IMG/VR virus record: IMGVR_UViG_2636416089_000002
Source of the DNA: a virus
Lineage: Duplodnaviria > Heunggongvirae > Uroviricota > Caudoviricetes
DNA: 17,336 nt
Reading direction: 5' to 3' (one strand)
Shown: positions 8,521 to 15,491 of the stretch, one piece after another
Position numbering within the stretch: position 1 is the first letter of the stretch
How the letters are laid out: every line of letters starts with the position of its first letter
The notes under the pieces: generated by a model
Databases searched by the model: none
Told to the model about the DNA's origin: nothing
Seen by the model: only the letters and a program-made list of their open reading frames with translations
Made by a program: the position numbers and the translations under genes

Positions 8521-9446
8521 TCAGAATGTCAATTTGTTACTGGATTTACCGAATTTGTCAGACATGGCTCCCAGGCCAGCCAGGACATCGACCTGTCGCT
8601 GTCGCCCACCTCCGTGAGCGGCTGGCTGTTGCCAGTAATCTTCGAAGTGACGATCGGGTCCAAAGAACGTCGCAGCCTGCTTCACGAACTGTGTGCCGGT
8701 ATTTCCTGTAGCACGTACCCAGGCGGCATACCGCTTCACGCCATCAAGCATGGTCTCCGGTTTTATTCCCTCCCTGATACGGGCTTTCCAGGCTTTGAAG
8801 GCTGCTGACTTGGAATTGCCACCAGCACGTTTGGGATATTCCTGCCAGGCCTGTTCAAATTCCGGTGAATATTCCTGTCTGGCAGAACGCGCTGGTGCAG
8901 ACGCGTCAGCGGATGCGCCAATATCTTGCGGTTCATGTTTTGAATTTACTGGTGGTTCATGTTTTAAACCTTGTGGATCTGGAGTCAGATTCTGAAGGGT
9001 CAAACGCGTATTTTTGCCAGAATCTGAAGGGTCAAACACGCCTGAACATACAGATTCTGACGGTTCAGATTTTGAAGGTTCAGAATCTGAAGGGTCACGT
9101 AATACTGAAAGTCTGCGCTGCTGTTTCAGTTCTGCAACCTTATCCCGCTCAGTTCTGGCAAGCTGCTCAAGCCGATCAGCATTCAGATGATAAAGATTGG
9201 ACGTATTACGGTTACCTTTGCGGCGTGACTGACGCGTCAGCCAGCCATCAGCCTCCAGTTCGGAGATTGCCGTTCTGACTGTACTTTCTCCCAATCCAAG
9301 CTGTCGACATATGGTTTCAACACCCGGGTAGCACACCCGTCATCATTCGAATAATCAGCCAGGCGCGCCATAATCATCAGTTTTGCACCTTTGACGCCAT
9401 ATGCTGCGCATGCATCCCAGACATTACCGAGGATCTTGCTACTCAT
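8521..9446 (-). pseudogene. Replication initiator (O-like, N-terminal HTH) containing the origin iterons; apparently frameshifted near 9330
   Basis: 69-aa ORF (9237..9446, MSSKILGNVWDACAAYGVKGAKLMIMARLADYSNDDG) and the 271-aa ORF (8521..9336, starting at GTG) read as one protein if a single base is restored near 9325-9335. Confidence 0.65.
8949..9117. repeat. Iteron array, candidate phage replication origin inside the initiator gene
   Basis: TCAGAwTCTGAAGGGTCAaac at 9004-9024, 9037-9056 and 9098-9117 with degenerate copies between; ggttcatgtttt twice at 8949-8984. Confidence 0.65.
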
Positions 9447-9667
9447 ACGACACCTCCCAGACGCTTAAACATTTTTCCGGACTGAAACGCCACCAGCGGG
9501 TAACTCAGGGTATAAGTACGCCCCTGCACCTGGCAGACAACCTTCTGACTTTCTGCATTGACCAGGCAAACCCGCAGAACGAGGCCGTTGCTGGTGGTAA
9601 ACCACTGCCCCACTCGGGGGCAACGGTTGTATCGGTGATACAGGAAATTAACGATGTGGCGGATCAT
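9443..9667 (-). CDS. Hypothetical 74-aa protein
   Basis: ORF translationally coupled (4-bp overlap) to the initiator gene downstream and the 64-aa ORF upstream. Confidence 0.4.
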   Translation of the reverse strand: MIRHIVNFLYHRYNRCPRVGQWFTTSNGLVLRVCLVNAESQKVVCQVQGRTYTLSYPLVAFQSGKMFKRLGGVV

Positions 9668-9858
9668 GGACGCACCTCCGCCGTAGTTACGTATTTAACC
9701 GGGCTACCTTTCATTGAGATGGTTTCACACATCTCTGCCGCTTTCAGTTCCGCTGTTTTTCTGGATTTATAGCGACGGTGCCAGACAGATACATCCGTGC
9801 GAACTGATACATCGTTTCTGTATTCCGTAGTGGAGATGATGATTTCGTAACTAATCAT
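9664..9858 (-). CDS. Hypothetical 64-aa protein
   Basis: ORF with 4-bp overlaps to both neighbours. Confidence 0.4.
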   Translation of the reverse strand: MISYEIIISTTEYRNDVSVRTDVSVWHRRYKSRKTAELKAAEMCETISMKGSPVKYVTTAEVRP

Positions 9859-10706
9859 GGGCGAACCTCCTTGTCAGAACCATTCAGCCTGGAATCAACA
9901 AGTGCAGCGCCAAAAACAGCATCACCAACACGGTCGTACAGTTTGCTAGCCAGCGGAGATTCAACGGCCTTAAGCATTGGATAAAGCTGGCTTGTCCAGA
10001 TTTGATGGATTTCACGCAAATGCAGGTATACGCCTCTGGCGTTTCGTGCGACAGCTGACATATCAGACGTATCGGCACCTGATAAACTCTTCTCCATCAG
10101 GTTAAAGGCGTTGATGTATGCCTCTTTGAACCGGGCAGCACGTTTACCAGTGAAGCCCATGGCAAGGAACGCGAAGCCATCGCGGGTGATTTGATAGCAA
10201 GGTAGTTTGCGGCCTGATGCGTCGGTGTATTCACTTAACACAAAATTGTGTTCAGTAAATTCAGCGGAACATTCGAGGTTTCTAATTCTATCTAAAACCC
10301 GCTCATGCCGTTTAGTAAAGTAATTAGCTACTGCAAGAGATGTGGTGACAACGCGACCATTGATAATCGTGATTTCAGGGTGAGATTGGGTTGGGAGAGT
10401 AGTCATGGTGACAGCCCCTATGTTGAATTCAATGAACTCACCACCAAGGCTTTCCACGACCATATAGGTGGTGAGACGTACAGGGGTGGAAATACCGGTC
10501 AACATAGAACCCGGCCCAACCGAAATTGGCCCTGCACGCCACACCATAATTTGGGCGTAACGATGCTCATGACACGAAAAAACCGCATGAGCGCGGTTGT
10601 GCTCTATATTGAATTTCGGGTTTCCACGCCCGGCACCCGCTTTATAAGGTGCAGAGACAGTGTAACGTCCCGAAATTGCAGAATCAATATGCTGGTGGCG
10701 GATCAT
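9855..10706 (-). CDS. Rha-family phage regulatory protein (antirepressor-like) with 100-codon N-terminal extension
   Basis: Rha-like core begins at the internal Met (codon 101, ATG at 10406, preceded by AGGGG): MTTLPTQSHPEITIINGRVVTTSLAVANYFTKRHERVLDRIRNL. The full ORF starts with ATGA overlap to the upstream gene. Confidence 0.65.
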   Translation of the reverse strand: MIRHQHIDSAISGRYTVSAPYKAGAGRGNPKFNIEHNRAHAVFSCHEHRYAQIMVWRAGPISVGPGSMLTGISTPVRLTTYMVVESLGGEFIEFNIGAVTMTTLPTQSHPEITIINGRVVTTSLAVANYFTKRHERVLDRIRNLECSAEFTEHNFVLSEYTDASGRKLPCYQITRDGFAFLAMGFTGKRAARFKEAYINAFNLMEKSLSGADTSDMSAVARNARGVYLHLREIHQIWTSQLYPMLKAVESPLASKLYDRVGDAVFGAALVDSRLNGSDKEVRP

Positions 10707-11365
10707 AGGTGCACCTCCCGTTGATTACGACGGAACGCGGAGTGACCCTGGACGGTTTCAGCCTCATGGAATGCTTCAATACAGCTCTCGTAGTACCGCA
10801 TTGTGCGCAGACTTAACCCAAGCTGAAGCATCATCAGACCATCAAGGGTGATGTAATAACCACGCAGGGAGTCACCGTAGATGTGATAAGTACCCGGTAT
10901 GAAATTGCGGGTAAAAAACTCGCGTGAGCAGTTCAGATACTCGATTTTGTCGACGATGTTCTGGTGCATGCGCTTAAAGTGGCAGGCAACATGCAGGGAG
11001 AAAATAACGGCCTTGCCGTTGACAACTTCAATTTTGAGGAATGGGGAAGTTGGGACTGTAGCCATGATGGCAGCCTCCGTATGCAATGGATAACTTCCAC
11101 CACCGGAGCTGCGAAACTCACTGGTGGCAGACTGAACAGGGTTCGCAGTACCGGCGCATACGGAAACCGGCGAGCCTTTCGGCTCCCCTGCCCAGCCCAC
11201 CATAATTCTGGCGTGCGTGAGCGCGGACGATAAAAAAGACGCTGGCGCGTCGTATATCGCCGTATGCAATTCCGGGCTGCGACCCCCGGCACCCGCTTTA
11301 TAAGGTGCGGAGACAGTGTAACGTCCCGAAATTGCAGAATCAATATTTGGTCTTGAAATGATCAT
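10703..11365 (-). CDS. Rha-family phage regulatory protein, tandem paralog with 100-codon N-terminal extension
   Basis: Rha-like core from internal Met at codon 101 (ATG at 11065, GGAGG 8 nt upstream): MATVPTSPFLKIEVVNGKAVIFSLHVACHFKRMHQNIVDKI. The first ~60 nt are near-identical to the paralog. Confidence 0.65.
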   Translation of the reverse strand: MIISRPNIDSAISGRYTVSAPYKAGAGGRSPELHTAIYDAPASFLSSALTHARIMVGWAGEPKGSPVSVCAGTANPVQSATSEFRSSGGGSYPLHTEAAIMATVPTSPFLKIEVVNGKAVIFSLHVACHFKRMHQNIVDKIEYLNCSREFFTRNFIPGTYHIYGDSLRGYYITLDGLMMLQLGLSLRTMRYYESCIEAFHEAETVQGHSAFRRNQREVHL

Positions 11366-11450
11366 ATAGCTGCTGATATCTTTAGAACTGTTCTTGGATG
11401 TTTCGGAGCCGTTTTATGCGAAACAGCTCCCCGTTATTGATGTTGAGTGA

Positions 11451-11474
11451 GCCGGGTTACTCCCGGCTTTTTTT
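11451..11474 (+). terminator. Candidate plus-strand intrinsic terminator between two minus-strand Rha genes
   Basis: GCCGGG-ttact-CCCGGC followed by T7 on the plus strand. Confidence 0.45.
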
Positions 11475-12181
11475 CATCGCTGCCAACCAATAACCTGAAA
11501 TAACCCCATTTTCGGGTGATACCAGCGAGTCCCTCGCGGTTCTGCTTCCTCCATAACCCGATAAAAAGCAGCCATAAACGGTTCCACAGCAACAATTGCG
11601 CGACGTGACAACAATCCGTCCGGCGTCATGAACTCATGTGTGTCTGTAGGAATTTGATAGGCGTTCACCAGATTGCGGCATTTATCATCTGACAAACCGG
11701 TTTTTGCTTTCAGTTGGCGATATCCGGCATAGCCCTCACGAATAGTGCCCTTTTTAATTTGCTCGACTGTTTCAGCAACGTGGCTGACTTTTTCTTCCAC
11801 CTGAGTGATCCGTTTCTGTTGGCGAACGGCTTCAAGAGCCATCGCGGCAACCATTTCGATTTCGCTCATTGGCTTACGGATCTGTTCTTCCAGTTCGCGC
11901 CAGCGATCTACCAGGCGAGCTGTGAATTCAGGACAGAGCTGTGCGACGACAATGATGCTGTCGCGCTTACCTTGTTCGCCTTCGAAGATGTAAGCACCTA
12001 CATTTCGTTTTAATCCTAAGTTGTTGATTATTTCGAAATTCGCCATTGGCGCACTTCGAATAATCCCCTTATCCATGAGCCTTTCAATGCTGCGCTTAAC
12101 ATCTTTGTGTTGGCTGCCCACCAACTCTGCGATTTCAAGGCTGGTCATGGATGCTTTGCCGTTAAAAATTGCGGTGTTCAC
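11474..12181 (-). CDS. Rha-family phage regulatory protein
   Basis: NTAIFNGKASMTSLEIAELVGSQHKDVKRSIERLMDKGII matches the Rha N-terminal pattern. Start placed at GTG 12181 (AAGGAG 6 nt upstream); in-frame ATGs at 12187 and 12223 are alternatives. Confidence 0.7.
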   Translation of the reverse strand: MNTAIFNGKASMTSLEIAELVGSQHKDVKRSIERLMDKGIIRSAPMANFEIINNLGLKRNVGAYIFEGEQGKRDSIIVVAQLCPEFTARLVDRWRELEEQIRKPMSEIEMVAAMALEAVRQQKRITQVEEKVSHVAETVEQIKKGTIREGYAGYRQLKAKTGLSDDKCRNLVNAYQIPTDTHEFMTPDGLLSRRAIVAVEPFMAAFYRVMEEAEPRGTRWYHPKMGLFQVIGWQR

Positions 12182-12300
12182 TGCCATCTCCTTACGGATA
12201 AATTCTTTTAAGATTCCGCACATTCGTACTTATTGGTGCCGAACCTTCCTTCAGTTATCCTTTTGATCCCTATAAACAAAAGAACCAAAGGAGGTTCGAC

Positions 12301-12594
12301 ATGAAAGTTCAGGCCGTTGGTTTATTCTGGTTTCGCGATGCGATTCAGTATCATGAGCTCAAAAATATTTTTACTGATGCTGATGTGCTCTCCGACAGTT
12401 ACACCGAGTGGAAACACGACGCTGAAAAATTGATTAAGCGTGTCGAAAGAGGCGGGCAACGAGTTATTAAAGTTGAAGCGGATACAGCCGAGTTCATCGC
12501 TTGGTGTACAAGCGAAGGCATTGGAATCAATGCCGAAGGTAGAATGCAGTTCGCATCCTTTAAGGCTTACCAACAACTTCTCAGCGAACGCTAA
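12301..12594 (+). CDS. Hypothetical 97-aa protein on the repressor strand
   Basis: Strong RBS AAGGAGG 6 nt before ATG; no recognisable motif. A 110-aa antisense ORF (12322..12654) fully overlaps it and cannot be excluded. Confidence 0.5.
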   Translation: MKVQAVGLFWFRDAIQYHELKNIFTDADVLSDSYTEWKHDAEKLIKRVERGGQRVIKVEADTAEFIAWCTSEGIGINAEGRMQFASFKAYQQLLSER

Positions 12595-12664
12595 TGTGAT
12601 CGGGGCAATCGAAATGGTTGTCCCATCGTATTTAATAGTTATTTTTTCGCTCATATCACCACCA

Positions 12665-12874
12665 TCACTTCCCATCTTCCGTGTGCGCTAGGCTTGGGTG
12701 TGTATATGGAATGCTCGGATCCAAATGACAAAGAATGGCAACATCCTCCGGAACACCTCGCGTTTTCCACTTTCCAACACCTTGACTGCCACGAGGCCTT
12801 CCTTTCTTTGGGAACCTGCGACCAATAGCGGCATTGGTTTTAAATTGAATTTTTAATATTTCATAAAGGGTCAT
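12665..12874 (-). CDS. Hypothetical 69-aa ORF at the position expected for cro
   Basis: Only minus-strand ORF divergent from the repressor gene across a 112-bp region holding repeated motifs; no obvious HTH and a weak RBS, so this may not be a gene. Confidence 0.2.
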   Translation of the reverse strand: MTLYEILKIQFKTNAAIGRRFPKKGRPRGSQGVGKWKTRGVPEDVAILCHLDPSIPYTHPSLAHTEDGK

Positions 12875-12927
12875 TCTTTAGTCTCACACCAGATACTTTG
12901 TTATCCAACGATGTTAACCACAGGAAT

Positions 12928-12964
12928 CCAAAGTATCAAGAAATTCTGTTACTTTAGTATCAAC
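12928..12964. promoter_or_regulatory. Candidate operator/promoter region upstream of the repressor gene
   Basis: AGTATCAA at 12932-12939 and 12956-12963, sharing the motif found downstream of the repressor gene. Confidence 0.4.
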
Positions 12965-12985
12965 AGCCATGAGAGGAGAAGAAAA

Positions 12986-13642
12986 ATGAAGTCTTTAGGT
13001 GAACGTCTCATCAACGCACGGCAAAAAGCTGGGTTAACACAAGATGCGTTGGCTAAAAAAGCTGGGATCACCAGAGTTGCAATCAGTAAAGCCGAGCAAG
13101 GCCTTACAAAAAGTTTCAACGGTGACACCCTTTTTAAAGTTGCAGCTGCACTGCGGTGTTCACCGCAGTGGCTTCAGAACGGAGATGAAAAAGATAAGCA
13201 TTGGGAAAATAATGTTAAGAGCTGCCCACAGAGAGACACAGCACACTCTTACCCTGTAATTAACTGGGTTCAGGCAGGATTATTCGCAACTTCTGGTGAT
13301 GACTACAACATGTATGATCAGGATAATTGGAGGCATTCTGTAAAATACGCTGGTGAGAGGGGGTTCTGGCTGGAAGTGCACGGAGACTCAATGACTTCGC
13401 CCGTAGGAATAACATTTCCTGAAGGAATGTCGATCCTTGTCAACCCAGATAAAGAAGTTTTTTCAGGGTGTTACGTCATCGCCAGAAAAAAATCTACCAA
13501 TGAAGCAACATTCAAAAAATATATTTCTGACATGGGAAAGGCGTTTCTAAAGCCCCTTAATCCACAATATCCAATCATAGAAATGGACAATGATTGCGAA
13601 ATAGTAGGTGTTGTGGTTGATGCCAGGTGGGATATTTTCTGA
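12986..13642 (+). CDS. cI: CI-like prophage repressor (N-terminal HTH, C-terminal LexA/S24 autopeptidase domain)
   Basis: MKSLGERLINARQKAGLTQDALAKKAGITRVAISKAEQG, Ala-Gly cleavage site (VQAGLF), GDSM serine and downstream Lys. RBS GAGGAG before ATG 12986; the ORF track starts further upstream at 12911. Confidence 0.85.
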   Translation: MKSLGERLINARQKAGLTQDALAKKAGITRVAISKAEQGLTKSFNGDTLFKVAAALRCSPQWLQNGDEKDKHWENNVKSCPQRDTAHSYPVINWVQAGLFATSGDDYNMYDQDNWRHSVKYAGERGFWLEVHGDSMTSPVGITFPEGMSILVNPDKEVFSGCYVIARKKSTNEATFKKYISDMGKAFLKPLNPQYPIIEMDNDCEIVGVVVDARWDIF

Positions 13643-13670
13643 CCAGACACAAAACACAAAAAGAAACCAA

Positions 13671-13741
13671 AGTATCAAAAATCACTTGCCACACCTTGAT
13701 ACCTTAGTTACCATAAAACAAAGTTCGTAACTGAGGTATCA
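13671..13741. promoter_or_regulatory. Candidate operator cluster and promoter between the repressor gene and the downstream HTH gene
   Basis: AGTATCAA (13671-13678), inverted TTGATACC (13696-13703), GGTATCA (13735-13741); possible -35 TTGCCA and -10 TACCAT with 17-bp spacer overlapping the inverted site. Confidence 0.4.
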
Positions 13742-13745
13742 TCTC

Positions 13746-14162
13746 ATGATCAATAAAGCTACAACTCTTGACTGTCTCGAAGAACTGAAAAACCTCGGCA
13801 GCCTCATTACACTAATAGCAAAAGCAACACCTGATGCTACGCTCTCTAGCGATATAGAGTCATGCGCAGGACTGGCATGGGATATGACAAATAGCATATC
13901 CAGAAAGCTATCGTCAGCAATGCTTTTACAGAACAAAAATTCTGCAATCAACAACCGTCTTCGCACCCAACGCGAAGCCTGCGGCTTAACAACCGCCGAA
14001 CTCGCCAGGCTGCTCGATCTCGATGAAGAAATTATCATCCAGTGGGAGAGCGGAGAGTGTGAACCAACTATCAGTATGCTTATCCCACTGGCAAATATTC
14101 TTGGCTGCGATCCGATGTGGCTGTTAACTGGTAAACCAACAGGTGGGGATACTTGCGCATGA
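13746..14162 (+). CDS. XRE-family HTH protein with unknown N-terminal domain (138 aa)
   Basis: C-terminal LRTQREACGLTTAELARLLDLDEEIIIQWESGECEPTISMLIPLANILGCDPMWLLTGK is a Cro/C1-type HTH; GAGG upstream of ATG. Confidence 0.6.
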   Translation: MINKATTLDCLEELKNLGSLITLIAKATPDATLSSDIESCAGLAWDMTNSISRKLSSAMLLQNKNSAINNRLRTQREACGLTTAELARLLDLDEEIIIQWESGECEPTISMLIPLANILGCDPMWLLTGKPTGGDTCA

Positions 14163-14401
14163 AAAACTGTGATGCTTACCATATTTGTCTCATTGGTGAA
14201 TTGCTTGATTTCATACAAAAAAGCACTGCGCACAATAATAAAAATATAACATATGGTGATCTGGTAATAATTTCAGAGGATATAAAGAGCATCGCTCTTA
14301 AATTCAAGAGCGACGCGAGTATTGATGACGCTATTTACGCTTATCTTGCGAAAATAATTGACGGATCCAAAATCCAGCCTCTGGATGAACCTCGTCAGTG
14401 A
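14159..14401 (+). CDS. Hypothetical 80-aa protein, coupled to the upstream HTH gene
   Basis: ATG overlaps the upstream stop (ATGA); AT-rich; no recognisable motif. Confidence 0.5.
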   Translation: MKNCDAYHICLIGELLDFIQKSTAHNNKNITYGDLVIISEDIKSIALKFKSDASIDDAIYAYLAKIIDGSKIQPLDEPRQ

Positions 14402-14558
14402 AAAACTCCTTTGATGAAGATGAGAACTGCTTCATTAACTTTACTTTATCTTCAGGTGAAACTACCTGACGAATTAATGCGGAGATAGCAACTTTGTGCC
14501 AAATTAATTCTTTTTTGAGTTCTGAAATCTCTTTTTCGAGTTGCTCTGCGTTAATCAT
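14331..14558 (-). CDS. Hypothetical 75-aa protein, convergent and overlapping the preceding gene by 71 bp
   Basis: GGAGGA 4 nt before ATG; predicted helical (LEKEISELKKELIW). The overlap makes it doubtful that both are real. Confidence 0.3.
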   Translation of the reverse strand: MINAEQLEKEISELKKELIWHKVAISALIRQVVSPEDKVKLMKQFSSSSKEFFTDEVHPEAGFWIRQLFSQDKRK

Positions 14559-14737
14559 TTATCCTCCATTGAGAGCTGAATTGAAAATGGGGACCAACAC
14601 GCGGCTACGTGTGGTCGTGCGCCGGACACGGATAAGCATCCGGTAACTGATTATCAATCATTGCGGAAACAGTCTCAATATGAAAACACTTCTGAGACTC
14701 GCTATATAGCAGGACATATAAGTCAGCTGAGGAAGCC

Positions 14738-15103
14738 ATGAAAAAGTTCGAAAACATAACTGTTCTCCATGTTGATGACTTTGATTATACAAACCCGGAA
14801 CTTCTCCCGGAGGTTGTAAAGGCAATAGATGTTGCCGATATAGTGATTAGAGAAAAGAGAATTGTCAAAAACAGGCTCGCATGCACTTCAGGAGCAATGA
14901 CAGAAACAACCTCACAGCAAGATAATTACGAAGGCATTTGTCTGGAGCCTGATTCATTTGCGGTAAATGTTTATCATTTATTGCATGCAACACAGGTATT
15001 ACATATGTCCAGTAATCACGAAACGAAAACACTCGGCAGCGAAATTCTGAGTTTTGCATGTGAGTATACAAAAGCTGCTGCCGAAAAAGAATTAGCGCAA
15101 TAA
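14738..15103 (+). CDS. Hypothetical 121-aa protein
   Basis: ORF with AGGA upstream, AT-rich, no recognisable motif. Confidence 0.5.
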   Translation: MKKFENITVLHVDDFDYTNPELLPEVVKAIDVADIVIREKRIVKNRLACTSGAMTETTSQQDNYEGICLEPDSFAVNVYHLLHATQVLHMSSNHETKTLGSEILSFACEYTKAAAEKELAQ

Positions 15104-15181
15104 CAACAAATATGCCCTGAACGTTTATTGCGGTTTTATCGCCGGGGATTGTTACAACCTTAATCCACAGGAGGCTTTATT

Positions 15182-15295
15182 GTGACTTTTATAAAGAATA
15201 TGGCATCACACAAGACCGCCTGCCTTATTGCACAATACGGTGAAAATTACATGCATATTGCCTGCTTATTTCTGCGTAAAGCATACGGGAGATAA
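15182..15295 (+). CDS. Candidate 37-codon small ORF or leader peptide
   Basis: GTG start with AGGAGG 7 nt upstream; its stop sits inside the RBS of the next gene. Below the ORF-track size cutoff. Confidence 0.25.
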   Translation: MTFIKNMASHKTACLIAQYGENYMHIACLFLRKAYGR

Positions 15296-15297
15296 TA

Positions 15298-15486
15298 ATG
15301 CATCAGAAAACAGCAGAACACGAACAAACCAGAATATTGCTGACCATCAAAAACGGGAAAGTAATATTCATTCGCCATGTTCATGACGATGAACTTGTAG
15401 GAACTCTTTCAACATTCCTGTTTATTGCAGAAAAGGCAGGATATGACGTTATTGCACCAGCAGATGAAGATGAAGATGAGGAATAA
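15298..15486 (+). CDS. Hypothetical 62-aa protein with acidic C-terminal tail
   Basis: GGGAG 6 nt before ATG; ends ADEDEDEE; 5-nt gap to the next gene. Confidence 0.5.
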   Translation: MHQKTAEHEQTRILLTIKNGKVIFIRHVHDDELVGTLSTFLFIAEKAGYDVIAPADEDEDEE

Positions 15487-15491
15487 ATATC

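Noticed and set aside
8949-9117. Possible CRISPR array
   Set aside because: The repeats are about 20 bp, imperfect, irregularly spaced and lie inside a coding sequence; the pattern fits replication-origin iterons. No cas genes present.
8013-9278. Several 62-137 aa plus-strand ORFs across the DnaC-like and initiator genes
   Set aside because: Antisense to well-supported replication genes; the repetitive translation between 8865 and 9278 simply mirrors the iterons.
10933-11343. 136-aa alternative-frame ORF within the second Rha gene
   Set aside because: Same strand but different frame from an ORF with a recognisable Rha domain; Arg/Ser/Pro-rich translation.
13739-14233. 164-aa minus-strand ORF antisense to the HTH gene
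   Set aside because: Ser/Leu/Arg-rich low-complexity translation typical of an antisense frame of an AT-rich gene; no RBS; the sense gene has a clear HTH.
14559-14737. DicF-like small RNA in the intergenic region
   Set aside because: No match to the DicF sequence as I recall it; only short imperfect hairpins without a U-tract.
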